Source: the human T2T-CHM13v2.0 reference genome, Homo sapiens. Taken from it: a stretch of 64,000 bases of DNA. Location of the stretch: assembly GCF_009914755.1 (NCBI RefSeq), contig NC_060941.1. The stretch is one strand, 5' to 3'. A program made the position numbers and the translations under genes. Of this stretch, positions 22,378 to 42,379 are shown in pieces; within the stretch, counting starts at the first letter, position 1, and every line of letters starts with the position of its first letter. The notes beneath the pieces were generated by a model. The model was not told the origin of the DNA. It did no database searches and was given only the letters and a program-made list of their open reading frames with translations.

Positions 22378-23728
22378 GTGAGTGGGACCTCCTTTCTCTG
22401 CTTGCCCCAGCTAGGCCTGCACAGAGGAGGGAGGAGGGAGGGGTGCTCAGGGGCCTCAAGCTAATGTGAAGACATGGAGCCCCTTAACCCTGCACCTTCA
22501 TCTTCCTGAGAAGCCACTTTCTCCCATTGTCATGGAGAAGTCTCATGCAAACCAGGAGGAGCCTCAGAGTGGCATTATACAGTGAATAGTCCTCTTGGAG
22601 ATGAGTCAGAGGTTAATGATCCTGTGTGTGAATTACCTCCATTTAATACTCTGCTCTATGAGCTCATGGTGTCCCATGCAGGCTCATTATTGCAACTCCT
22701 TTCCCCTTGGGTGTATGCTGACATTTCATGTCAAATCATTACCCAGTCACAGTGCTAGTATAGTCCAAGACATCATCTTGGCTGAAATTAGGGTGCTAGG
22801 GGTGGTACTGGGGATTCCCTTGTCAGGCCACCCTGTACTTGATAAAGCCTTTCTGTTTCACTTTGAAAATCGTTTTCTGGCTCATGTTACCTCCTGACAG
22901 CCCTGGGTGAAAAAAGCATGAGGAGAGCCCATCTCTTCCTAATGGGGAAAACTGAGGTCAGAGAAAGGAAGGGACTTGTGTACAGCCACCTTGCTAATAA
23001 ATTGCAGCCTAAGGCTAGAATCCAGGTGTCCTGCCTACCCTGTCTTGTGTCTTCTCTGTCCACCATTATGATCTCCTCTTCCCTCGGAGCAGGAGGGTCC
23101 CATGACAATGTTAACCTAATGAGCTATTAGCAGCCATGTTGGTTATCACTGAATCTTCAGTAAGTACAAGATCGAAAGTGTATGTGAATCTATAATTATC
23201 TCAAAATTTAAATTTTTGTTTTTAATATTTTTTCCAAAAAGGCATTTTCAGACTAAATAAATTTTTTAAAGGAAATAAGTCCATGTGTATCCAGCAGAGA
23301 CTACTGAGGACAGAATTGTCTGTGTGCCTCAGACAGGGAAGGGCAGGGCAGCTGAGACCAGCCCTAGGAGCCTGGCATGCCTGCCCATCCTCCAGACAAG
23401 CCCAGGGTCACTTCTCAGCACCTGCAGACAGTGCTGCGCTGGCTTTGGTGGCCCAAAGGCAAGTGGAGAGAACAATGGGATGGTACAGAGGTGCTGTCTT
23501 CCAGTTCCAGTGGGATGGATTGCGTGTTCATCCCCAGCCCCTTCACACCTATTTAAATGTAGGTAATCATGACACATATGCAACGGCTGAAAGGCACTGT
23601 TACAGCCTCAGTATCTGCACTGCACATGGCAGGCACAGGTATATCACTGTCACCAGAGAGGGGTACACATATTCCTGGCATTATAGGCCAGAGAGGAGAT
23701 CCAACTGGAGCTGAGATTTCTTGTGAAA

Positions 23729-24013
23729 TTTTTTTTTTTTTGAGACGGAGTCTCACTCCATCACCTAGGCTGGAGTGCGGTGGCACAATCTCGGCTCACT
23801 GCAACCCCTGCCTCCCAGATTCAAGCGATTCTTCTGCCTCCCGAGTAGCTGGGACTAAAGGTGTTCACCACCACGCCCAGCTAATTTTTGTATTTTTTGT
23901 AGAGACGGGGTTTGGCCATGTTGGCCTGGCTGATCACAAACTGGCCTCAGGTGATCCACCTGCCTTGGCCTCCCAAAGTGCTGGAATTACAGGTGGGAGC
24001 CACAGTGCCCAGC
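23729..24013 (-). mobile_element. Alu, antisense
   Basis: Alu motifs. Confidence 0.93.
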
Positions 24014-24806
24014 CTCTTGTGATTTTTTTTTTATGTGCTGTTTTGAAGCAGGTGCATTCAAAGCCTATTAGGCCTATTAGCCTGCCCATCCTCAAGTTTC
24101 AAGCCCCCTAAGCAGAAACAATATCATTGAAGAAGAAAGAAACATGCCAGGGTTGTGAGGGGTACCCCCTTCTCCTTAAGGGTCCAAGAAGACTTATTTG
24201 TTAATTCACTGCTGAGCTACAGTACTCTTACCCTGCTCCCTGAGAACCCCTGGCTTGCACTGTTTCCCCCAGAACATGGACCATTGCAACCAAACATGGT
24301 GCACCCGGCAGTTACCTCACTTGGCAGGGTTTGCGAAGTATACACAGATCACTTCTGTCTCTGCAAATCTCTTAAATGTTTGCAACTTGAGGCACACTGC
24401 CAGAACCACTCAGTCCAGGTCTGACTATCCAGAACCTTCACTGTGCCTGTCTTCTCCTTTCAGAACCCAGCCCTCAGATAGTTCTAAGGACCAGCAAGAA
24501 CACTTCACAGAACAGGGAAATAACTGTTCTGGTTTAAACATTCTTCCATTTAGAATCTGCCAGGCTAGAGTCCTCAAAGATTGTTGTAGGGTCAAGAAAC
24601 AAATGGGAAGGTGGGGAAAAGTAGATCAGGAGTCTGGAGATGTGGCTTCTGATCTGACCTTGGCTGCTTAACTATTTGTGAGCCCTTGAGCAAGTCACAG
24701 AACCTCTTGGGCTTCATTTCCTTAGATATAAAATAGGATAAGCCCAGAGGGTGCTTATAGGATTCCAGGGAGGCAGTGGTATGAGTTTGAAAAGTAGACA
24801 GGGAGG

Positions 24807-25097
<291 letters not shown>

Positions 25098-25288
25098 GAA
25101 AAGTAGACAGGGAGAACATATGTATTAATTTAACCTAGAAAGGCTGATGAGTTTTGTTATAGAATTTAAAAGATGTGGAGGTGAGAGTCCACTTTATCAG
25201 GGCTGGAATTCTAGGGCATTGGGCGAGGCCCCCTCCTCAGCCTTTACCTTCCCCATTGTAGTCAAAGTGGAAGTTTTCTCTGTTGCAG

Positions 25289-25405
25289 GAAGTTTCGTCC
25301 TTTCCATCATCAGTTTAAATCCTTTCCTGAAATTTCTTTTCTTGGACCCAAAGATGCAAGTCCCTTTGAGGCCCCGACGACCCTGGGCAGCATGCACCAT
25401 ACCAG
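25289..25405 (+). CDS. DBF4B: DBF4B exon 10 (KFRPFHHQFKSFPEISFLGPKDASPFEAPTTLGSMHHTR; motif M)
   Basis: tgttgcag acceptor, CAG|gtgggt donor, 117 nt. Confidence 0.96.
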
Positions 25406-25839
25406 GTGGGTCTTTCTGGTTCCTGAGTACCAAGGGCTGGTTACAGGCCAAAGTCCTCCCCATCGGGGGCCTGCTGGTCAGATTTGGGAATGGCCATGTG
25501 TTTGCTCCTTAGGCAAAGTCTATTCTGGGAACGTAGCCCAGAGAAGAGAGACTAGGAGCGTTCATCCATTTTATTTTGTGTTCTTCATCCGTACTGAAGA
25601 ATTTAACTTGAAGAAGAAAGGGAGGTGCCAGGGTTGTGAAGGGCACCCCCTTCTCCTTAAGGGTCGAAGAAGACCTATTTGTTAATTCACTGCTGAGATA
25701 CAGCACTCTTACCCTGTCCGCCCAGAACCCCTGGCCTGCACTGTTTCCCCCAGAGCATGGACCATTGCAACCAGACATGGTGCACCCAGCAGTTACCTCA
25801 CTCGGCAGGGTTTACCGAGTATACACAGAAGACAATAGA

Positions 25840-26650
<811 letters not shown>

Positions 26651-27269
26651 GGGCCAAACATCAGGAATAACTAAGGGGCGGGGCGGGGGAGAAGATCGCT
26701 GCATTACGTGGCTCATGGCTTGTGGGCTTGTTAATGTTTCTACTCTGCAGATGTTTGAGAATTTGAACCCTCATTAACCAAAGTAGAGAAGGAATTCAGC
26801 TCAGGTGATGGGTGAGATGCCTTCTCAGACCCTTTCTAACCTCTGGGCTGTGGGGTTATAGACCAGGAGAGAACAGAGCAGACTCTCAGCCCTGGAGTTC
26901 CTGGGGCCAAGGAGGCTCTGTGGTTTCCATCAGCTGACAAAGGCTGTGGGTAAGAAAATAGTACAAATAGGAGGGAAAAAATTAAGGGAATGTGGCAGTA
27001 GATGAAATGGGAGCAAAGAGAGAAAGAGGTGAGGTTAAGTCCCAATACAAGGGATACCAGGGAGAGCCAGTCAGAAGGTGGCCCAGGCTTGGCGCTGGCA
27101 GTGATGCTAGGCCTGGGATGGCCTTGGGATCACAGAGGAGCTAAGAGGCTGTAAAGGGAAGATGAAGCAATGAAGCTTTGGTATCTGCATGTGAGGCGCC
27201 TAGGCAGGGAGTTGGCCCTGGTGGGACATCAAAGTTCCAGGCACGTGTGTATGTGGAAAATATGTGTAG

Positions 27270-29780
<2,511 letters not shown>

Positions 29781-29875
29781 TGTTTTGGACTTGTCGAGTT
29801 TGCTGGACAGCCAGATAGAAATGCCCTTTGGTTGTTAGAAATATGGGGCTGATATTCAGATAAGAATTCAGGCTT

Positions 29876-30859
<984 letters not shown>

Positions 30860-31029
30860 TTAGATGATTGGTACCAAGCTCAGGGAAGGCCTGCCTGCCG
30901 GTGCCTGCACAGCCCCTTGGCCATCTTGGTCCTTCCCCTCCCTGACCTAGGCTCCAGGCTCTAAGTAGTGGCTCCTCCCCCCAAGGGCCCCAGCAGTAAC
31001 CACTTTGCCGCACTATGTACCCTCCCCAG

Positions 31030-31138
31030 AGAATCCAAGGATGGAGAGCCAAGCCCACGATCAGCTGCCCACACCATGCCCAGGAGGAAGAAAGGCTACT
31101 GCGAGTGCTGTCAGGAGGCCTTCGAGGAGCTCCATGTG
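31030..31138 (+). CDS. DBF4B: DBF4B exon 11 (ESKDGEPSPRS...KKGYCECCQEAFEELHV; motif C zinc finger)
   Basis: ctccccag acceptor, GTG|gtgagc donor, 109 nt. Confidence 0.97.
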
Positions 31139-31337
31139 GTGAGCCCCTTCCCCATTAAGCAGCTGCTCCCAGAGTGCCCTGAGGGAGCCTGCTCACTGGG
31201 GATGAGTCCTTCCTATGCGATCTCTACGCTGCTATGGCTGTCCTCCAGGGCCAGAGCATGGGCTGGGAGGTCAGCTTCCGTGTCCCCCTCCCCCCAGGCC
31301 TCATCTAATGCCCTGTGCTCCTCTCCCCCGCCGGCAG

Positions 31338-31462
31338 CATCTTCAGAGTGCCCAGCACCGGAGCTTTGCCCTGGAAGCCCATCTATATGCAGAAGTGGAC
31401 AGGATCATTGCTCAGCTCAGCCACAGCTTTGCAGACATCCCTTTCCAGGCTGGCCTCCCCAG
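31338..31462 (+). CDS. DBF4B: DBF4B exon 12 (HLQSAQHRSFA...AGLPR)
   Basis: ccggcag acceptor, CAG|gtgagt donor, 125 nt; supplies the zinc-finger histidines. Confidence 0.96.
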
Positions 31463-32287
31463 GTGAGTGCCACGCTGGCAGGCACAACTGTGTCTGCTCT
31501 CTCCTCTGTTGCCCTCTGGGTGGGAAGAGACCCTCAGGTTGGTGGCTGCTGGGACCAGACTGTGATGTTTTCCTCTTTTCTCACCTTCCTTTCCCCTTAT
31601 CCTCAGTCCTGTTTGTTTTGGGGCTGGCCAAAAAAAATAAAAAGACCTCCATTTGTGGCTTCACTTGATGAAGACTAGACCCAGACTACACTGTGGCTCC
31701 CTTCCAACTCCACAGGCTTTGATGTGGTTGATAAGCAGTTCTGGCCAGGGAGCAGGGGGTTAGTGCTTGGGCCTCTCCTAGATAGGTGAAAAGCAAAGTC
31801 TTTCCCCTCTGTAGAAGTCACCCCCAGAAAGAAGGACTGCATGGGGTTTGGTGGGAATTCCAGGGCCCTCTGAGCCCTGCTTCCCCTTGCTGCCAGCAAG
31901 GCAGACCCTCTCCCACCTGGGGCTGTGGCTTCACCTCTCACCCCAAATCTCCACCTCAAGCTCAACTTGCACAGCCAGGCACTGCGCTGCTTTCTTCAGC
32001 TGCCAAAGGGCACAGCCTCCTCTGTGAAGTCATGAAATGGAATAGCCTCTAACCTATTCCTCTGGCCGGCCCCAACCACAGGCTGCAGAGCCAAGAGAAG
32101 TGCACACAGTGCTGGTTGCTGCGGCAGGTTAGACCCAAACAGGAGGACTTTCACACAGGGCCTCAGAGAAGGCAGCTCTCTCGGCACATGAACCGCCAGC
32201 TGTGGCAGCTCTCCCTGTGCCCTCAGCCCTGGCCCAGGCCTGCTGTGAAGTTGAAACCTGCAGCTCACAGTGTTTCTGTCCCAACAG

Positions 32288-32412
32288 GTGGTCAGGTTCC
32301 CCAGCTTCTGATTGTGACCCTCTCTGTCCTGAGACTCTGCACCCCCATCAGCCCTCCCATCCCAGGGCAGCATCTCCCAGGATAAGGAAAGAAGACAGCT
32401 GCCAGGCATCAG
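32288..32412 (+). CDS. DBF4B: DBF4B exon 13 (WSGSPASDCDPLCPE...EDSCQAS)
   Basis: ccaacag acceptor, weak CAG|gtatcc donor, 125 nt. Confidence 0.92.
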
Positions 32413-34466
32413 GTATCCCAGAGCAGGATGGGACAGTGGACAGCACGCAGGCACCAGCTGAACGTGCAGGGACTGGTGAGGTACCTGGACCTATAGCAAG
32501 CTGCCAGGACCTGGGGGTGTCAGTTGATGTGTTTGTGGACCCCCCAGGGATACCAGTGTCCAGGAGCCCTGCTTGCCAATGCCTCCTGCCTAGCTCTGGT
32601 TTTATGGAACTCTCCTCTGGCCCAGACCTGGCACTTTTTGGCCACAAGCGGAAGGTTCAGTTCCCCAGTGGCAGTGCTAAGAAGAGAGTGGGGGCCTCCT
32701 GGCCACAGGCTTCATTTTTTGTCCCAATAGCCCCCAACCCCTGCGGCACCAGGACAACTAGTGGCAAGCGTCTTCCCTCTCTTCCCCTTACAGGCCATGA
32801 GTCCAGGCTCCTCGCCTCCCTCCAGCCCTTGTGCCACTCACAGACCTGCCTCTCTCTCCCAGACCCCTTCCCCTGGCAGCCCACAGACAGACCAGCAGAG
32901 TTCTGGGCCACACAGCCCTCCTGGCTGGGGAAAGGGTGGCCCCCAGGGCCTGAGGATTCTGAGTGTACAGCCACTGGCCCTGTATCCCAGGAGGCTGGCC
33001 AGCTCCTCAGCTGCCCCACAGCTCCAGGCTGGCCATCAGCTCCCCTGTACTCAGCTACCAGTGTGCAGCCCTCGGGAGCACCTGTAGAGAGCAGGTCTAC
33101 CTCCCTCCTGCAGCCCCTGCCAGCCAGTGCGGGAGCCAGCTGTTCCCGATGCCTCTGGGCCCCCCAGCCTCTCCAGGTGCCCTGTCTCCCTGTCTCCCAG
33201 CCCTGGTCCCAACCCCAGCCCCAGCCCCAGCCCCATGCTGGCAGAGAGCTGCTCCTACGAGTCCCCAAGGTGCTTGGCTCTTCACAGGGCCAGGCAGCTC
33301 CAGATTGAAGGGCCACAGATACAACTTACTCCTCTGCTGGGTGCTGCACACCCGGCCAGGGCTGACCAGGACGCAGGAGGGGCAGAACCCCAGGACTTCC
33401 CCAAAAGAGCTAGAAGGAGGCCCGGGCCTGGCCTTTGAAGTCCAGCAAGCAGCTGTCACGCTCAGCTCCATGGAGCTGACAGAGCCACCCCTCCCACTGG
33501 CCAGGTCTTTGGGAGAGAATCTGGGCTGGGGGCTGCCCTCTCCTACCCCTGCCTCCTGCCATGTTCCTGACCAGGCAGAGTCTACAGTGGGCTTGCCCAG
33601 CTGAGGCTGGCCGCCCACGCCAGGAGGCAGAGGCGAAGTTGGCATGGGGAGGGACCACAAAGGAGCTGGGGCAGCAGGAGTCCTGGCCCGGCTTCCTGGC
33701 CCTCCACAGGCCCTTGCCTCTCTGCAGAGCCGCGGGTTAGCTGTTGGTGTGCTCCACCCCCAACCCCGGCCTCCTTTCTCACGAGCATGTGGCCGCTCCT
33801 GCTTTCCAAAATGACTGTGTTTGTCCCCTCCCCCAGCCCCCCACGCTCCCGCACACAGATCCTCAGGAACATATGAAGCAGAGGAGGGGCTTGGGCTGCA
33901 CCACTCACAGAGCTCCCTCCCCCAGGCACTTAGTTGGGGCCCAGCACTGACCTTTCCCCTGAGCCCAGGATGTGGCCAGAGCCCCCTCTGGGACCCCTCT
34001 CGCCCCTTCTCTGCCTCCTCAGCTTGAGCTGCCTGCCCGAAGTTCGGCTGTTCCGGGGCCAGTGTGTCACCTGCCAACTTCCACATCACCCTCCTCCCTC
34101 GCTCCCTCCTCTCCTTCCCCAAGGACCTCCCCCCATTTCTGGCAGCCAAGCCATTAATCTGGAGACAGAAATGGGTTTGCTATCGATTCTCTGGCCACTT
34201 TTTCTTTCATTACAATTTGTACCGTGATTCTTCTCACCCTTCTCTGCGTCCGTGCATTTAAAGAGTTGTCTCTTTAAATGTTGAAGCTTCCGGAAGCCTG
34301 ATGCTATTCTGTGTCTCCTTTCAAAGGAAGAAGGGGGGGCCCAGCTATGGGTGAGGACTCAAGTTATTAGTTTGGAAATAGAGCAACTATGTGTACAGCC
34401 CACCTTAGAGGTCATGTTACCCCCTTCCTGTTAAATTTTACAATTAATTTTGGTTCAGGAAATGTA

Positions 34467-34472
34467 AATAAA
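34467..34472 (+). terminator. Candidate proximal poly(A) signal AATAAA at the end of DBF4B intron 13
   Basis: AATAAA closing an AU-rich tract, overlapping TGTAAATA. Confidence 0.55.
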
Positions 34473-34541
34473 TTTGTTAATTACAAATAGCAAAGAGATG
34501 GGGCTGGAATGCCATATGTCGGTCCTTGATCTGCCCTCCAG

Positions 34542-35200
34542 TGACCCAAGGCAGGGCTGCGGGCCAGCAGCGATGGACAGAATCACTAGATGGTGTGATG
34601 GGACCTCCTGCAAGTCACACATGTGTGAGTGCCACAACCCTCCTGCCGGCCTTGCCCAAGGGCTCCAGGGAGCAGGGCTGCCTCTGTCCCTGCCCAGCCT
34701 CCTTTACCCAGTCTCATCTGGTCACTTCCTTGGCTCTGCTGCCTGGGGAGTGGTCGCCTGCAGAGGACATGCCCCTCCATCCCTCCCAAGAAAACTCCTT
34801 TGCCCCGGCGGACATTCCTGTTAAGGGCCCACTCCTCTTCCCTGAAGCCAGACCGTGGCTTATGTCTGCACGCTGCTGGGTTCGTCCCTTTCCTTTTGTG
34901 ACATGGGGTTGCCTCATTCCCCATGACACCACCCCTCTGCATGAGGAAGTTTCCCCTTGCCCCTGTCTCAGACTTGGATACCTTTACCTGCTGCTCACAC
35001 AAAGCCTGTGGTGCCGGGTTCGGGTGCCCTCATTGTCAACTGCAGGACCCATTCCCCGAACCTCACATCCGTGTACCCTTGCCTTCCCCTCCTATCTCAA
35101 TGATCATGACCTTGGACATCTCTGCCAGGCCAAACCCCAAGGCTGGAACACTCCTCAGCCATTTCTCCATTGCGGCTTCCTGGCTGTAGACTCAGGTTAG
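34542..35200 (+). CDS. DBF4B: DBF4B exon 14 coding part (VTQGRAAGQQRW...CGFLAVDSG*)
   Basis: ccctccag acceptor in phase with exon 13; matches the recalled C-terminus of the 615-aa human protein; TAG at 35198-35200. Confidence 0.9.
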
Positions 35201-36190
35201 AGGTGAACCCAGAACACCTGAGACTTGACCCAGGATGGATGGGTGCTGCTTGATGTGAATGAGGTCCCGCAGTGGCTCCTTGGCGTGAGCACTGCTCAGA
35301 CTCCTTTCCACTCCAGCCCCCTTTCCACATCGCACCAGATGACTTTTACCCAGACCCAGTGGGCATTGCCTTATCTTGCAGTCAGTCCCTTTTCAACATG
35401 TTGCCGTTTCTTTCTGAAGAGGTGTCCTCCCTCCACAAGTCACACTGTCTGTCCCTGGCCCTCCAGCCCACCTCGCCAACCACTCTTGTTGGTTTCCTTC
35501 TCAGACTTGCCACCTTTCCCCTCTGCCCCAAAATGCCATGCTCCTCTCCTGGAAAACACTTGAGTTGATTCAGTAAATCGACTTCAAATACTTGAAGGCT
35601 CCCACCTTCTGTTCTCTGGCTCCTTCCTGCGGTCTATACCTACCGCCTCCTCTTCACCTCCTTCCCTTCCACACTTCCTTCCTGGGTAGCTCTGCCTGAA
35701 GCATTCCACTAAGATCATCTATTCCAAGGTCATGGACAGGCTACTGGTGACCAAAGTTGGTTCCTTTTCTCCTTTCTTTCCTCCTTGAAGCCTGGCTCCC
35801 TTGGTCGCAGCAGCCCCTCAGTGGCCTGGTTCTCCTGTCCCCCTGCCCTTCCTCACCATTGCCCATTCCCTCGTTCGTTCATTCAGCACAGGCCTTGCCG
35901 TCTGCCCTGAGTCAGCTCCGAGACACCTGAAGAGCCCTCCAGCCCTAACTACTTTACTCAGACTAGGTCCCCAGGCCTTTGTTCTTGCCTCTTCTCGCTG
36001 AGCCTTTCACTTCTCGGCAGATGTGACCGATTGGTAGCTCCACCCCAACTCCCTTCTGCTGGGTGGAATGCAGGAGCTAGCTGCCTCCAACTCACTGTGA
36101 CCTCAGAAAAATGCCTTTATTACTCGGGCCTCAGTTTCCTCGTCTTTAAGTAAGGGGCTTGGATGAGATGATTTCAGGACCCTTTCCAAT

Positions 36191-36196
36191 AATAAA
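36191..36196 (+). terminator. Distal DBF4B poly(A) signal AATAAA, within a MIR tail (~36095-36205)
   Basis: First AATAAA I found after the exon 14 stop; U-rich sequence downstream; flank resembles a MIR 3' end. Confidence 0.7.
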
Positions 36197-36367
36197 ATAC
36201 TGTGAGTGCCAGCAAATCTTTTATGTCTTTCCCTATCCTGCCACCAGCAGGAGTGCTGTATACCCGAGCACTCCTTCTCATCCTGGATCTTGGCTCCCCT
36301 TCCCAGGGGAGTTTCAGCTGTGCCCAGCTCAAACTGTTTTCTTGATCTAAAAAATGGAGGTAATCTA

Positions 36368-36705
<338 letters not shown>

Positions 36706-38400
36706 CTAGGAAATCACAAGAGTGAAATCAGATGTGTTTGTGAGGTATGTGGCACAGAGCTTGGCACATTGTCTCAACAAATAACATATTACCCACAGGC
36801 ACACATGCCTGTGAGGCCTCCCTCCTAAACTTACATAAAGCTTATTCTCACTAATTCCCACCTGGCAGTGTCCCTTGGTAACTGGCGTCCTCATCTCGGG
36901 TGAGCATTTGTGGATGAAGCTGCTGAGGGGCACTGTGAGACCCCCTGTCCCAGGCCCCCTCCCAAGGGCCCTCTCCTGAGCTCCAGGAGGATCCCTTTTG
37001 TGGAAGAGAAGTGGCACTTGGGCCCTTATGGGTGTGACTGTATTTGTGCCCCACAGACCTCCCAAAGGATGAGTGTGCCTGGGATCCTGGTGCCCCAGGT
37101 GCCCCCAACTCCTCCCTTGGTGAAGCCTGAGAGCTTCAGAGATTAAAAGAGGGGCCACTTGGACGCCTGAGAGGGAGGAGCATGAGGTTTCCCGGGAGAG
37201 CTATGCAGATGAGAAGAACGGTCCTTGGACCCTGGGCTGGCATCTAAGAGGAAGCAGGATGAACTTCCTGTCCAAATGCTAGGCACTTCCCCTGCTGCCA
37301 CCCCTCCACATCACGACATCAGGCACAGGTTCTCTCTGTGCTGGGTAGAGAGAGGACCCCGAGGACCCCAAGCCATAGAGAGGCCTGGGGTCCTGGGCAA
37401 GGGCCAGGGAGCCGGTTTGCTCCTCGGCGCCTTGGACGGTGCGAGCCCAGGGTGACTGAGCCCCTTTCATGTGCCAGACGCTGCTCCAAGCATGGGCAGC
37501 TCAGCCATCATCCCCGAGAGGAGCACTGTGAGGGGGGTGGTTTTCTAACCCCTGTGTCGTGGATGAGGAAACCAAGGCCCAGAGAGGCCAGCGGGCTTGC
37601 TCAAGGTCACACAGCCAGTTTGTGGGGGAGGCAGGATTGGGACCCCAGCCTGGAGACCTGAATCCTGCCCCCTTGACTAGCATGGTCTGTGCTGCAGGAC
37701 TTAAGGCTGGTCACCAGGCCTGGACGGCCTCCACTGGCAGGAATCACTGCCGGTGGTATCACCCCAGGGCTGGGGGCAACCAGGACCTCTCCCTTACCTG
37801 GCGTTGCGGAGACAAGGTCTTGGCCCTGCATCCCCAACTTGGCCCTTATGCAGGAAAATTTGAGAGAACCGGCTAAAGAGCTAGAAGAGCAGCAGAAGGA
37901 AGGAGGCTCCGGCCTCCTAGGGAAGGGGCTTCCTAAGGGAGGCCAGAGACCCACCCCTCAGGGCCCCACAGCTCCCTCAGCAAGAGCAACCCCAAGAGTG
38001 GCATCAGGGCAGCAGAAATAGTGGCCCCAGCCTCAATGGATGGACCGAAGGAGCCAGCCATAGCTATGAAGTTGAGGTGGGGCCCCCCAGGGAACCCTAT
38101 GTTTGAGGGGGAGACACAGGCCTGCCCCGATCTAAGCAGAAAACAGCCCTTGCTATCAGGGTCAGGTCTGATGAGGAGGACAAGCCCTGCTCTTCTGAAG
38201 TCCCAGTCTGATGAAGGGCCACCAATGAGAAAACAGACAGCCCTGACCTCAGGAGGGACGGTGGGTGAAAGAACGTGAAGCAAGCTTTCTGTGTGGGGAT
38301 CCCACAGCTCCTAAGAGAGCTGAGGCAAGCATAAGACAGGGGAGGTGGAACCTCAGGGACTGGGGACTGTGATCAAGGGAGAGGCAAGAGGTCTAGCCGA

Positions 38401-41059
<2,659 letters not shown>

Positions 41060-42379
41060 CTAGGGTCCCAGGGCCACCGATGTGGTAGGAACATGCCTCT
41101 GGTGAAGAGGCCTGGACCACAGATTGGGCTTGCTCTGTGGTCTTGAACATGTTGGAGGACCCAGACTCTCCCAGCCCCGGGCTCGCACTGTGAAATGACA
41201 AACCTCACCCAGCCTACTGGGGGGCACTCCTGATCGGGACTTGCTGATGTGGCCCTGGGACATGGGCAGGCTGGAGCAGGACAGCCACCTTCGTGTCTGG
41301 GGTGTGTGGTGAGGGTGCATGGGACCAGATATACCAGTCCCCTCTGGTCCCAAATGGAGGGCAGAGATGGAAGTAGGACTAGGGGTGGCTAAGAGGAGTG
41401 GGGCCATGGAGTATGGGATGTGCCTTTCACCAGCTGTGTGACTTTGAGAAGCTCACATAACCTCTCAGAGCCTCAGTTTCCCCATCTGTAAAATGGGGAG
41501 CACAATCTCTCCCTCTGGGCTCATGATGAGTTTCCAGGAATACCACCTAGTAGGCCCTCATTCCCAGGAGCCTCCTCATGCCTACATCTTGGAGGAGGTT
41601 CTCAAGATGTCTCCAGAGCGAAGGAAGAATTGGCTCAGCCTTACTGAGCATCTGGGCCTGGCATGGCAGGTGGTTGGGGGTGGGGGGAGTCACTTGGTTC
41701 CCTACACTGATGTCAGCGCCTCCTGGGAAATCGCCTTCTCACCTCTCCTGGGCCTAAAATAGAGCGGGGGGTGGGGGTGTCACAAGCTAGAGGCAGTTCC
41801 CTCATCCCCAGCAGAGGCCCTGGGTCCTTGCGGAAGCAGAGGACCCAGGAAGGGGTTTCCTGCCTCCAATCTTGTTCTTCAGCAACCTGTGGTCCCCTAG
41901 CATGGGTACCAAAAAGGTCAGGGTGGGGACTCAGCGGCCGACCCACCATGCCCTACCACACCCCACACCATCTCAGGTATCTGGCCTTCAGCACCCCTAG
42001 CAGAAGTCTGAGGTCCCAGCCCTGGTATTGGGACCCAACATCCCCAGGAGCTGGGTGGAGGGCACAGCTGGGGATGTAGGTTGGGAGGTCAAGTATTTTG
42101 CAGACAGGGCAGCCTAGTCTGACCAGAGAGGGAATGCTGGGGGGCTCCAGAGGTGTCTTCTGCTCCTAAGGATTGGGACTAGCAAGGGAGGGGGAGCCAT
42201 GGGGCATGCTAGCAGCATATAAGTGACCTGGCTAGTTTATATTTTATCTAGGAGGAAGGACAGGACGCCTGTGAGAGACTCAGGAACCCAGACGGACATG
42301 CCAGCCCTTCCTGATGGTTGGAGTGACAGCGATCCCTGAAGCCCTCCTGGAGGCCGGGGCATCTTTGGCGGGGAGAAGG

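Noticed and set aside
30968-31678. 236-aa ORF containing the zinc-finger CECC
   Set aside because: It is exon 11 plus intron read-through that loses the His ligands; explained by the normal exon structure
32657-34149. Long minus-strand ORFs (219 and 350 aa)
   Set aside because: GC-rich antisense shadows with low-complexity G/A/P/R composition and no recognisable domain
41986-42004. TTCAGCACC, a REST/RE1 left half-site upstream of ADAM11
   Set aside because: The right half (GGACAG) is absent at the canonical spacing
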